A stretch of 64,000 nucleotides of DNA from a virus, in the IMG/VR virus record IMGVR_UViG_3300042387_002391. One strand, written 5' to 3'. Made by a program: the position numbers and the translations under genes. Numbering within the stretch: position 1 is the stretch's first letter; each line of letters opens with the position of its first letter. The notes under the pieces are model-generated. The model saw nothing but the letters and a program-made list of their open reading frames with translations, made no database searches and was not told where the DNA came from. Of the stretch, positions 27,574 through 37,294 are shown in pieces.

Positions 27574-28359
27574 ATGAAAAAGCCAACTAAAAAAACAACC
27601 AAAACTGCTAAAACTACGTCCAAAACTTCTGAACCCATTAAAGATACTTCTCCGAGAGTTCCGCAAAGGGAAAAGATAGATTATACACTGAATTTAAGAG
27701 GACTGGATTGGACGGAGAAGCAAAAAGCTTTTATTGAATTAGCTACTCATAAGGACACTAAGATTGTGTTTTTGTCGGGCCCTGCCGGAGTAGCCAAATC
27801 GGTTTTGTCGGTTTATTGTGCACTGCTTTTGCTGAATCAGAAGAGAGTGAGTGATTTGATTTATGTAAGAACAATCGTAGAAAGCGCATCAATATCGCTT
27901 GGCTCGTTGCCTGGAGACGTCCATGAAAAGGTAAGTGTCCATACTGCTGTTTTAAACGATAAATTAGAAGAATTATTGCCGACCGGAGATATTAAAAAAT
28001 TACTTGCTGACGAAAGAGTCAAAGGGATACCTGTAAATTATCTTCGAGGAGCATCTTATAATGCAAAAGCTGTTATCATTGACGAAGCCCAAAACGCAAC
28101 TTTCTCTGAGATCACAACCGCATTGACACGCATCGGAAAGTTTACGAAATACTTCGTTCTTGGAGATCCGATGCAAACAGACCTTCGTCACAAAGAGCAA
28201 TCTGGATTCAAACCAATGTTCGACATTTTTAATACTGAACAATCAAGAGCTGAAGGAATTTATTGCGTAGAATTTGGAAAAGAAGACATCATGCGCTCTG
28301 AGATTCTCAAGTTTATTGTCGAGCAGATTGAAAATTATAAATACCAAAACATTAAGTAG
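27574..28359 (+). CDS. phoH: PhoH-family ATPase
   Basis: GPAGVAKS, LGSLPGD, YLRG, IIDEAQN, LTRIG, GDPMQTD, DIMRS. Confidence 0.92.
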   Translation: MKKPTKKTTKTAKTTSKTSEPIKDTSPRVPQREKIDYTLNLRGLDWTEKQKAFIELATHKDTKIVFLSGPAGVAKSVLSVYCALLLLNQKRVSDLIYVRTIVESASISLGSLPGDVHEKVSVHTAVLNDKLEELLPTGDIKKLLADERVKGIPVNYLRGASYNAKAVIIDEAQNATFSEITTALTRIGKFTKYFVLGDPMQTDLRHKEQSGFKPMFDIFNTEQSRAEGIYCVEFGKEDIMRSEILKFIVEQIENYKYQNIK

Positions 28360-28363
28360 TTAT

Positions 28364-28849
28364 ATGGCAATTTTAATCGAAGAACTCTACTCTGAAAAAG
28401 AGTGCAGAATCATCAAAGAGTTCTTCGAAGAAGATTCTTTAAAAAAGACTATTCTTAATGCAATTGGCTCGAAAATTGTTATAGAAAAAGATAAAATTCT
28501 TACTTCAAATCCTCTTGATATTCTTTATCTCGTTTGCCTTACTTCAAAGTTTGCAAGTTCTGATGAAGAGTGTCACCGAATTGCTATAACAATTCATCAA
28601 TATTTCAATAAACCAAAGTTCGTTTTGCCGATGTTGACAGAAGATCAAGGTCTTGCATTTGCTTCAAAAACTCTCATTGCCTTATCGTTCCATTCAAAAG
28701 CAATGGAACACCGTTGGAAGCATCATGGAGCGCCAACACCAGCGTTTTATAGAAAGATTTCAAAAGCAACCTATGAAAGCGCTGGTCAATCAGATATTGC
28801 TGATCATCACGAACAATGGGAATTGTTTTTAGGTGAATTATTTGTTTGA
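28364..28849 (+). CDS. Hypothetical protein
   Basis: Start moved to ATG 28364 (TAAGTA 5 nt upstream), which removes the overlap with phoH. Confidence 0.65.
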   Translation: MAILIEELYSEKECRIIKEFFEEDSLKKTILNAIGSKIVIEKDKILTSNPLDILYLVCLTSKFASSDEECHRIAITIHQYFNKPKFVLPMLTEDQGLAFASKTLIALSFHSKAMEHRWKHHGAPTPAFYRKISKATYESAGQSDIADHHEQWELFLGELFV

Positions 28850-28878
28850 TTTTTTTGAGAAATTTGGTAAGTTAGATC

Positions 28879-29865
28879 ATGGATTTAACTACTTTTCAGA
28901 CGGAACTGTCTAGTCAGCATTACTTGGCTACACAAGAAACAAAAAGTATTCGACAAAACCAGTCATCAATTACTGAAAACAAAAGTGTCGAAATTTCTAG
29001 AACCAAGCCAACGTTCGAGAATTTAATGGCAAGAATTCAGGAAGCTTCCCTTGAGCCCAGCGAAGACATAATTCCGAGAAATTTGGATAGCGCAGAATTT
29101 GAAAAAGCTCTTCTGCAATTACCAACTTTGCTGAAACAAGATCAAGTAAAAGCTCAGCGGTTGATTAAAGACCTCGTTGCGTCTGCCAAAGCACTAACTC
29201 ACGATACAGCCAGTTCTCTTTCTGCTGTTCCAATTCATCCTTACGAAAAACTGATTTATGATTATCTTGGACCAAATTTCATTGCTCCGACGATTGATCA
29301 ATATCTCGTACCATCCAATTTTAGTCCGGTCGTTTCTGTAAGAGAACTCGAAAAAATTTCGAGAAAGACTTCTGAAATTGAAATGTCTCAATATGCTTGC
29401 ATGAGTGCAGAAGCAATGAATCTGTCCTTTGACGGAACATTCACAACAGAAAATCTCAATAATGCTTTTGCTGTTCCTTCAGTAGATTCTGAAGGCAACC
29501 AAACGTTCGTAATTGATAAAGAACGCTTAGCAGAACACTTAAAGTTTGCTGAAATGGTCAAAAACATTCCGACTGATTATATTGTAAAAAATCCTTTAGC
29601 GGTTGCAAAAATAATCTTATCAGAATTTATAAGAATTCATAAAGTGGAAGACCATGAGATTAGCGGAGAGCTTGTATCAGATAGCCAATTTAGTTTGCAT
29701 GAAATCATGAACAATCCTCTCGAGATCACCAAAACTATGCTGAACAACTATCAAATGCTTAACGGAGGGTCGTCTGACTTTGATTTGGCAGCATTATTCC
29801 GAGCTTATGATAAACTAAATAACCTCGAGCTTCTACAAGATCTTAAGCCAAAATTGACAAAATAA
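28879..29865 (+). CDS. Hypothetical protein
   Basis: 328-aa ORF with TAAGTT 5 nt upstream. Confidence 0.65.
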   Translation: MDLTTFQTELSSQHYLATQETKSIRQNQSSITENKSVEISRTKPTFENLMARIQEASLEPSEDIIPRNLDSAEFEKALLQLPTLLKQDQVKAQRLIKDLVASAKALTHDTASSLSAVPIHPYEKLIYDYLGPNFIAPTIDQYLVPSNFSPVVSVRELEKISRKTSEIEMSQYACMSAEAMNLSFDGTFTTENLNNAFAVPSVDSEGNQTFVIDKERLAEHLKFAEMVKNIPTDYIVKNPLAVAKIILSEFIRIHKVEDHEISGELVSDSQFSLHEIMNNPLEITKTMLNNYQMLNGGSSDFDLAALFRAYDKLNNLELLQDLKPKLTK

Positions 29866-29866
29866 T

Positions 29867-31399
29867 TCAACTGAATACTTGAACCACCCACCTAACTGCT
29901 CTTTGAGCAACAAGTCCTGTATTGGCAATAAACCCAGGAATAGCCAATAGATATTTTGCTAAATCCTGTAAGGCTGTTTTCTTAACAACTGGCGTATTCG
30001 ATGTTAGAGATTCATTAATAACAGCTGCTCTCAGCGCTTGTGGCGAAGAATAATCTTTGCATTCAATATCAGGAACTCTTGTCGAATGAGAATGATTTAG
30101 TGATGGAAGTCCTTGAATATGTGGAAAGTTTGTTACTGGAAGAGGTATAGTACCAAGCCACGCAAACCCTGTTACTGTAGCTTCAACAGGTATAGACATT
30201 TTTCCTAGAGTTGCCATACGATTAACCAAATTTAACATCTGAGTCGGAGAAAGCAAACTAGTAGCAGCAGTTTCGGAGTCGGACACAACGTTTCCAAAAT
30301 ACGCTTGAAGATCAAGAATGCTGCTCGTAATGCCTTTTACAGCAACGCCTCCCCATGCGGCTTGAAATGTTTGTGTTGTATCCGGATTTGCAGGAGCATT
30401 AGAACTACTCACGTCCTTTGCAGGACAGGATGCTTTGCAAAATGAAAGAGTTTCAGCATGAAGTTGTCCACCTACTATAACGTTTGCAGGGGTGTGTATT
30501 GTTCCTTTGACAAACAGCCCCGCCTTGCCATCAGTTGGAGTTATAGCAATAGTTTTGCCGGTAATGCTGACCGTGTCTCCTTCGAGAGTCAAAGGACCAC
30601 TGGAACTTCCGACATTAACTTGGGGTCCAGTAAGATTTAAAATTCCTGAATTAAATGTAAGAGGCCCTTTTGTATTTAAACTTATTCCTCCTGCTCCTGC
30701 AACAACGTTAAAAGAATTAGCACAAACAATTTTATAGTTCCCAACAGCACTTGGCCATCCAGGCGAAGTTTGTACGCCCTTTACAGCGTTCCCTGCAAAT
30801 CCTTGAGCAAATGCAGCTCCGGTTTTAGCATCAGGAACAATTGATCCTGGAACTCTGTGTCCCTCAGGAATTTTTTCATAAGAATCATTTCTATTAAAGC
30901 CGAGACCGACCATGAGCGTGTCGCTTTTTTCAATATATGTCGTACGATTTCCTCCTGTTCCCATTTTAGCTTCTAGCTCAATTGACTTTTCAATATTTGC
31001 TTGAGCTTTTTGTTGAACTTGTTGATATTTAGCAGAGTCGTCAGAAACGTCTTTAATTTTTTGTTCTCCTTTACAGGAGCACATTTTTGGATCAGGTTTC
31101 AAGATCTTTGCTATGAAAGGAGGAATTGGAATTCTCCACTTAGGATTTGTGAACGGTATTACTAGTTCAGTTCTTCCGCCAGAGACATCGCGCTTTTTTA
31201 CATGCCCTCCACAAAACGGACAAGGAACTTCTTTGTGACCATTGCTTCCTCCTGTTGCTGGTTTACTTGCTCGTTTTTGCTTTGCTTCCTGAATTTGGCG
31301 ATTTACTACCTTCGCGTTGTCACTTTGTTGTTTTGTATCAGCTGCTCTATTGGCTTGATTAGTTGCTGATTGTTTTTTGACATCGACTTGATTGCTCAT
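29867..31399 (-). CDS. Baseplate spike, gp5 C-terminal-like (beta-helix) with CxxC insert
   Basis: CPFCGG, beta-helix-like NSFNVVAGAGGISLNTKGPL and late HSH. Follows the gp5-N gene. Confidence 0.55.
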   Translation of the reverse strand: MSNQVDVKKQSATNQANRAADTKQQSDNAKVVNRQIQEAKQKRASKPATGGSNGHKEVPCPFCGGHVKKRDVSGGRTELVIPFTNPKWRIPIPPFIAKILKPDPKMCSCKGEQKIKDVSDDSAKYQQVQQKAQANIEKSIELEAKMGTGGNRTTYIEKSDTLMVGLGFNRNDSYEKIPEGHRVPGSIVPDAKTGAAFAQGFAGNAVKGVQTSPGWPSAVGNYKIVCANSFNVVAGAGGISLNTKGPLTFNSGILNLTGPQVNVGSSSGPLTLEGDTVSITGKTIAITPTDGKAGLFVKGTIHTPANVIVGGQLHAETLSFCKASCPAKDVSSSNAPANPDTTQTFQAAWGGVAVKGITSSILDLQAYFGNVVSDSETAATSLLSPTQMLNLVNRMATLGKMSIPVEATVTGFAWLGTIPLPVTNFPHIQGLPSLNHSHSTRVPDIECKDYSSPQALRAAVINESLTSNTPVVKKTALQDLAKYLLAIPGFIANTGLVAQRAVRWVVQVFS

Positions 31400-31430
31400 T
31401 GTTTGTAATTAAAAGCTTTAGTAATTTAAT

Positions 31431-34076
31431 CTACCTCGCTTGGTTAAGTCTGTCTCTCAAACGTTGGATTCCTGAAGGATTTGTTGCTTGCTCAGTCGTT
31501 GGTTTTTTAATATCAACTCCCAAGCTATATGCACCTTTTGAGACCGTGCTTGCTCCAGGAACCGTTTGAATTGGAGCAGCCTTTATAGAGTCTTTAAATG
31601 CATTTTGTTGAGCTTGAGCGTTAGAGTAATTCAAAGATCCTACTCTTCCTGCATTGGTGTACGTATTAAAGCTTGTGTCATTAGGCGTACTCGTGCTTGC
31701 TGAGCTATTTGTTGTCGTTGCGGATGCTTCTGGTTTTGCAGCGCTCGTGCTCCCTTTGCTGCTTGCTCCACTACTTTTTGGCTTATCCATAAGAGTTTGA
31801 TTCATTTCATAAGACATATCAGAAAGTTCTTGCATTGCTGCAATTGCTTCTGCACTAATATTTCCTACTTTGACAATCAAATTACCTCTAGTGTTTGTGC
31901 TTGCATCTCCTTCAATCCACTCCTCCTTATAGCCTTTTGTGATTATAAATCGATCATTGTCTACTTCGTCTCTTTTATTGTTTCTAGAAAAATAGAAGTC
32001 ACAGCCATCTTTCATTGTAATGTTAGATCCGTGTTGATGAAAGAAGCTTAACGAAGAGCTATTATCCAACGGAGCTGCTAAGTTTGTTCTGTTTTGACTT
32101 AAAAAACCTCCTTCAGGACCCAGCTTCATTATAGTGCCGGTTCCAATAATTCCTCCTTCGTTTGTGTATGCTTCTGCTGGACTTCCTCCTCTATAAGCAC
32201 TCTTCCATTCAGCTGAACTATAGCTGGCTGCAAAATATACGGGAAATAGTGGATTACCTTCTCTGAAGAATACCCAAACCATTGCTCCTGGATTTGGATA
32301 AGCAAATAGACCGCTTGCCATATCGTTTGTGTTTATAACTGGAGTTCTTCCGTTACTGTCTGTGTTGTTTACGATGTTTGTTGATCCAGCTGCAATCAGA
32401 GCAGAGCCAGCAACAGATCCAGTGTAATTTCCTGTCTGTCTTTCAGAATTTGCTATATTTTCAGCTAAGAGTTGCTTTTCATTTGAGTTAGGACTTCCGT
32501 TAGTAATGCGTCGAATCGGTCCGTATCCAGCAGCCAATCCCAACCATTTGCCATCAGAAGTCTTACCACCAATTACGTTTTGACCTCCGGAGCGGTAGGT
32601 ATTTCCAAAATACATTTCTTCCGCATATTTTACATAAGCGCGAGTGTTATCATTAGGGTCTTGTATGTTTCCTCCTCCGTGTCGTTGAAATTGAGTCGAT
32701 CCCATTTGATATAGCCCAAACGAAGTCAGTGGTCCTTTTTTGAGTCCGTTGATGTCTGCTGCTGTGTTAGGATTAAAACTACTTTCGACACTTGCATTGC
32801 GCGTAAAAAAATGGGCCCATTCTTCTTTTGAACCGGTAGTAATCCCGTATGTTTGACCGTCATTAGGAATTACCGGTTTTCCAGTAGTTTGCGGATCAAA
32901 TTTTGAACCTTCCATGCTCTTCAGAACTCTGTCATACTGTGCTTTAAATGCAGGACTCATGTTGGAAGTATCGACATTGCTGACAGTTCCTCCTCCACTA
33001 ATTGTTCCAGTCATTCCTGCTTCCGGATTTGCAACTAAATTTGGTTGCGGAGCAGCATCAGCCTTTCCGTCACTTCTTGCTAAATTATTTGGAGCTGCTG
33101 GAGTTGCGTCTGCTGCTTGTTGTGTATTGTTGGAAGAAGGAGGTTCTTGTCCTGTAATTTTGCCTCCTATTGCTGCTGTGTATTTTGCTAGACCTTGATC
33201 ATTTAGTCTATAAACAGTAAAATTATTATAAGATGCTGTCTTGTTTTCCGTAAAAAAATGAGTCTGAGGATTATCTGAAACCCACACAGCTTCTCCTGAT
33301 TTATCGAATCCGACGCACTTTTGAGCATGACCATGACCCTTTCCTCCACCTCCTCCGCAAAAAACCGAATCTCCTGCCTGGGGTTTATATGTCGAAGGAT
33401 CAACCGTAAAGGGTTGTTGAAAGTATTTTGCTCCTGTTCCTTGCGTATACGGATTATACCCTGTTCTATTTGTTCCTCCTGTAGCTAAATCAGAAGCTGC
33501 ATCAAATCCTGCTGAAGGTCCGTTATTGTCGATAAGACCTGCTGCTTTGTCCAAACCAGTAGTTCCTCTTGCACACATTCCCCACTGTTTATCTGGATCA
33601 TTATTATTGTATGCGCTCTCTGATTTGTTCGGATCATAATCTAATTGTGCTATGCCTTTTGCTTTGTTAATGAGACCTTGAGCGTCTCCTCCCTCAACAC
33701 TTACGGGAGTGGAAGTTGGTCCTTGATTAAAAAAGTGATTGGCTGCTCCAGCAACTGCATTATAAGCAGCTCCTGCAGCACCTTTGACAGCACTTGTAAT
33801 ATCCGAAAATAAATTTCCAGGAGCAGACGATCCAATAATAGGAGAAGCTGCTTCTGCCCATGGAAGAATTTTAACAAGCCGTGCATGAATTTCTGGTGTG
33901 AGTCCTTCAGGAATATTGCTTCCAACACATGAAATCTCAATATCTTGTCCTTCTTCATTCCAACCTTCATAAATAGCTGGCATAATATGCGGAACAAAAA
34001 CTTGCACTCTTCCTCTATATTCAGGATCTGTCGAATTCACGACTAACCCCAGGTGATTGCCAAAATATTGCTTCAT
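31431..34076 (-). CDS. Baseplate hub gp5-like (OB-fold) with inserted CHAP-like and lysozyme/SLT-like domains
   Basis: G.VV...DP..RGRVQV..P and P.PGA.VWVFF.EG.P..PVYFA are separated by GMCARG...GHGHAQ and VESSFNP...FGLYQM. Confidence 0.75.
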   Translation of the reverse strand: MKQYFGNHLGLVVNSTDPEYRGRVQVFVPHIMPAIYEGWNEEGQDIEISCVGSNIPEGLTPEIHARLVKILPWAEAASPIIGSSAPGNLFSDITSAVKGAAGAAYNAVAGAANHFFNQGPTSTPVSVEGGDAQGLINKAKGIAQLDYDPNKSESAYNNNDPDKQWGMCARGTTGLDKAAGLIDNNGPSAGFDAASDLATGGTNRTGYNPYTQGTGAKYFQQPFTVDPSTYKPQAGDSVFCGGGGGKGHGHAQKCVGFDKSGEAVWVSDNPQTHFFTENKTASYNNFTVYRLNDQGLAKYTAAIGGKITGQEPPSSNNTQQAADATPAAPNNLARSDGKADAAPQPNLVANPEAGMTGTISGGGTVSNVDTSNMSPAFKAQYDRVLKSMEGSKFDPQTTGKPVIPNDGQTYGITTGSKEEWAHFFTRNASVESSFNPNTAADINGLKKGPLTSFGLYQMGSTQFQRHGGGNIQDPNDNTRAYVKYAEEMYFGNTYRSGGQNVIGGKTSDGKWLGLAAGYGPIRRITNGSPNSNEKQLLAENIANSERQTGNYTGSVAGSALIAAGSTNIVNNTDSNGRTPVINTNDMASGLFAYPNPGAMVWVFFREGNPLFPVYFAASYSSAEWKSAYRGGSPAEAYTNEGGIIGTGTIMKLGPEGGFLSQNRTNLAAPLDNSSSLSFFHQHGSNITMKDGCDFYFSRNNKRDEVDNDRFIITKGYKEEWIEGDASTNTRGNLIVKVGNISAEAIAAMQELSDMSYEMNQTLMDKPKSSGASSKGSTSAAKPEASATTTNSSASTSTPNDTSFNTYTNAGRVGSLNYSNAQAQQNAFKDSIKAAPIQTVPGASTVSKGAYSLGVDIKKPTTEQATNPSGIQRLRDRLNQAR

Positions 34077-34094
34077 GATATTAGTTTATTAAAG

Positions 34095-35816
34095 TCAATA
34101 AGAAAAGTTAATAGGCGAAAAGCCAGATGGAGCATTTATACCTTCTGTCGGAAGCTGGTAAGTGATGCCTTGAGTAGTTTTTGTTGCAACTGGCTTTAAT
34201 TTTTTGGCATTGTCTACTGTTGGACCTACGCCAAGATTTGGATTTTGGTTTAACCAAGGCTTATCAGGTGGCGGAGCAAATCGGTTCAGAGTAGAAGATT
34301 TGTCTATTTCTTTTTGAACTGTTTCTGGTAAAATTTTTGATGTTGTTGCTGGTGCAGGAATGCCTTGAGCAGTTTGATGTGGTCCAGCTTTTGGTGGCTG
34401 ATAAACATCCGGATGATTTTCTTGAGTATCAATTGCTGGCGGTTCTGTTTGAGGTTTATTAAACGCGTCGTTAATCATAGGTATTTTGTCAGCAAATTTG
34501 TCCAAAGCTTTTACAAAGACTCCGTCAGATAAAGTATCCAAAGTATCTCCAACACTATAACCTAAGTTGCCAACAAAGCCCAAGCCTGGAATGTTCGAAA
34601 TATTTTGCATTTGTTGGCTAATCTCTGGAGGTAAAAATTGCTCTGGATTTCTTAGCGCTCCTGTAATTTGACCAACTGCATCCAAACCTTGGTTAACTAT
34701 ATCGCTTGCTCCTGGAATAAATTGTATAGCTGCTCCTAAAGGATTGTTAATAGCACCAGAAGCAATCGAAGCAAAATCACCAACTTGGCTGGCGAGGTCT
34801 GTTACTGCATCAAATCCTCCAACCATTCCTGATATATCTCCAATAAAGGAGGCAAGATCTCCAATTGCTGAAAAGAATTCCAAAAGCTCCGTTCCTCCTA
34901 AAGCTTTGTCAACAAGAGCATTTACTGCAGCCATTGCTATGTTCATTACCGTCGTAACAATTCCGTCAATTAAATCTGCAATTGCTTCTAAAATTTCCAT
35001 TAATCCGTTGTATACATCAGACATAATTTCAAAAGGAACAGATAAAATTGCATCAGCAGCTGTTGCAAGATTTCGAATACTTCCCATCATTTTGCTCGGA
35101 AGATTTGAAAGACCTTCTAAATTTAATGATTTGTATGTGCCGTCCATTTGTTCTACAAATCCTGGATTAATTTTGCCAACAAGAGAAGTTAGCGAATTGG
35201 CTAAAAACTGTGGAGCTCCTAAAGGATTTTTAGCAAGATCCGTTAAATCTCCTATAGCTGAACACAAACCAATAGGTTCTAAAGCTTTTTTAATTCCTGC
35301 TCCCCAACCTTGAATATCGTGGATTGCTTCCTGCTCGAATTGTTTAAGGCCTGCTGTTACATTGTTTATCGAACCGCTAATCCCATTTGTCGGTTGTTCC
35401 ATTCCACTTCGAATAAAATCATTGTTTGATGCAAGATTTTTCAAAATGTTTCTCGCAGGGTCATTAAGACCAGTAAAAGGATCTCCTGCAGAATTTGATG
35501 TATTGTTAAACGAACTGAGTAACTTTGAATGCCATGCTGTTGTCGTTGAGTCTGGACTGGACTCAGAAGTTTTTATACGATTTTGTATATTAGTAATTGC
35601 ATGGACAGCAGACGCATTAGAAGAACTTGCTGACCGAGCAGCTTGTTGTCTGCTAACAGCACTCTCAGAAATCCCATAAGCACTGCCGTATATTTGTTTT
35701 CCAGTTCTGTCGGTTATACTCAAAACATTTCCGGCAGAATCCTTAAGAATCTTGTTTCCAGACTTTGAATCTGTGGATTCAGTCATCCCATAAGCAGTAA
35801 CGCTAGTTTCAGCCAT
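34095..35816 (-). CDS. Hypothetical baseplate-region protein
   Basis: 573-aa Ala/Gly/Ser-rich helical ORF co-oriented with the gp5-like genes. Confidence 0.6.
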   Translation of the reverse strand: MAETSVTAYGMTESTDSKSGNKILKDSAGNVLSITDRTGKQIYGSAYGISESAVSRQQAARSASSSNASAVHAITNIQNRIKTSESSPDSTTTAWHSKLLSSFNNTSNSAGDPFTGLNDPARNILKNLASNNDFIRSGMEQPTNGISGSINNVTAGLKQFEQEAIHDIQGWGAGIKKALEPIGLCSAIGDLTDLAKNPLGAPQFLANSLTSLVGKINPGFVEQMDGTYKSLNLEGLSNLPSKMMGSIRNLATAADAILSVPFEIMSDVYNGLMEILEAIADLIDGIVTTVMNIAMAAVNALVDKALGGTELLEFFSAIGDLASFIGDISGMVGGFDAVTDLASQVGDFASIASGAINNPLGAAIQFIPGASDIVNQGLDAVGQITGALRNPEQFLPPEISQQMQNISNIPGLGFVGNLGYSVGDTLDTLSDGVFVKALDKFADKIPMINDAFNKPQTEPPAIDTQENHPDVYQPPKAGPHQTAQGIPAPATTSKILPETVQKEIDKSSTLNRFAPPPDKPWLNQNPNLGVGPTVDNAKKLKPVATKTTQGITYQLPTEGINAPSGFSPINFSY

Positions 35817-35990
35817 TTCTTAAAATTCTCCTTTCATTACCTTTAATTATTGCTCACCAGCAATAATTGCCAGCACTTTATGCGCAACGAAGCTAAAGCA
35901 ATTGCTGAGGATTTAAACAAAAATGCTATTGCAAATCTATTTTTGCAGACAACTCTTCTTCAAAAGAGCATAAAACTACTTTAAAATGCT
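35811..35990 (+). pseudogene. Left copy of a duplicated segment carrying a frameshifted copy of the 59-aa gene at 37107
   Basis: agccatttcttaaaattctcctttcattacctttaattat resembles 37040ff. NEAKAIAEDLNKNAIANLF / ADNSSSKE resembles NEIEAIVEDLIENTIVELFADSFSSKKE, with a frameshift in a T-run. Confidence 0.7.
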
Positions 35991-36075
35991 ACAAATCATC
36001 TTCCAAGTGCTCATCTGTTAAAGTCCATGCGAAGAAGATTAGAGAACTTTTGGAGACAATTGAATAAATAACTTT

Positions 36076-36978
36076 ATGAATTTTGTCCGACTGGTAGAAG
36101 AAATGCTGTTAACAGAAGATCCAGATAGTGCGCGCTTTTGTTATAATAATCCGATGGGAGCCTGTCCTAAAGAAGACGACAAATTAAAAATAGATGTAGA
36201 TTACGAAGACCTTTATTTCACCGATAATAACAATTCGACGTTTGAAATTATTGATATTTTATTTAAACGTCCCAAAAAATACACAAAAACAGCTTTATTC
36301 TATTCTAAATTTGGCGAAGGCGCACTAATGGATCACTATGGATTGAGAGGAATGATTCAACATTCAGAATATTTAGAATTGTGGAACTGCTTTCCGTCGG
36401 AAATGAAGCAAGAGATCATAAATTCGTTTAAGATGGTTGACAAAAGCAAAGTCGATAAGAAAGATGAAAGTTCATTGCCTTATACCTTTAGTAAAGCAGG
36501 TAATCCTAGAGGACGTTATTGGATAGCAAAGGAAAGATTTTTTGTATCAATGTGGGCAGGAGACGAAGAAATTATCAAAAAGTGGTTGAAGATTGCTAAT
36601 CCAGTTTGGAATCCAAACAACTTTCCTTTCTTCTATCAAGCTCCTGGTGAAAAATGGGATCATTGGATTGACGGGAACGATTTTATTAATTCCAAATCAA
36701 GTGCCCTTGCAATCAGAACTCCAGAAATTATTGATCTAGAAAAACAAATAAACCAACTTATTCCTCAAGTCCATACTTCATCTGGCCGAGAAAAACAAAA
36801 GATCAAAAATCAGATCACGGACCTACAAAGCAAGATCAAATCTCTAGGAGGTATTTCAAAAAGCACAGAAGATATTGTTACTGCTAAAGGTTCCTATAAA
36901 CAAGCACAAATTGCAGGGAAGATGCCCGTTGCTCAAATGAGTTCTCTTAGACAAACATCCGAATCATTTTCAGGTTAA
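36076..36978 (+). CDS. Late protein with capsid-targeting-like leader
   Basis: MNFVRLVEEMLLTE and RGRYW....VSMW. TAAATA 5 nt upstream. Confidence 0.7.
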   Translation: MNFVRLVEEMLLTEDPDSARFCYNNPMGACPKEDDKLKIDVDYEDLYFTDNNNSTFEIIDILFKRPKKYTKTALFYSKFGEGALMDHYGLRGMIQHSEYLELWNCFPSEMKQEIINSFKMVDKSKVDKKDESSLPYTFSKAGNPRGRYWIAKERFFVSMWAGDEEIIKKWLKIANPVWNPNNFPFFYQAPGEKWDHWIDGNDFINSKSSALAIRTPEIIDLEKQINQLIPQVHTSSGREKQKIKNQITDLQSKIKSLGGISKSTEDIVTAKGSYKQAQIAGKMPVAQMSSLRQTSESFSG

Positions 36979-37106
36979 TATTTGAACAACGCTGGTGATG
37001 AAGTTTTTTAAAAAAAAGATGGACGAGAGTATGTTCTGAAGCCATTTTTTAAAAATCTCCTCTCATAACCTTTAATTATGTTTGCTGCTAGATAATTACG
37101 AGCACC

Positions 37107-37286
37107 ATGTACTCAAAACAAAATGAAATTGAAGCAATTGTAGAAGATTTAATCGAAAATACTATCGTAGAACTATTTGCAGACAGCTTTTCTTCGAAAA
37201 AAGAGTGTGAAATTGCTTTGGAAGTATTAATTTCTAAGCTTGAAGACTTCGATATAAAGACTTTTAAGGAATTTTTTGATAATTAA
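37107..37286 (+). CDS. Small acidic protein (59 aa), missing from the ORF track
   Basis: MYSKQNEIEAIVEDLIENTIVELFADSFSSKKECEIALEVLISKLEDFDIKTFKEFFDN. TAATTA at 37093-37098. Confidence 0.65.
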   Translation: MYSKQNEIEAIVEDLIENTIVELFADSFSSKKECEIALEVLISKLEDFDIKTFKEFFDN

Positions 37287-37294
37287 GATTAGCA

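Noticed and set aside
35811-37225. Repeat pair as a DGR template/variable region
   Set aside because: Mismatches are not adenine-specific, indels are present, and no reverse transcriptase is in the window.
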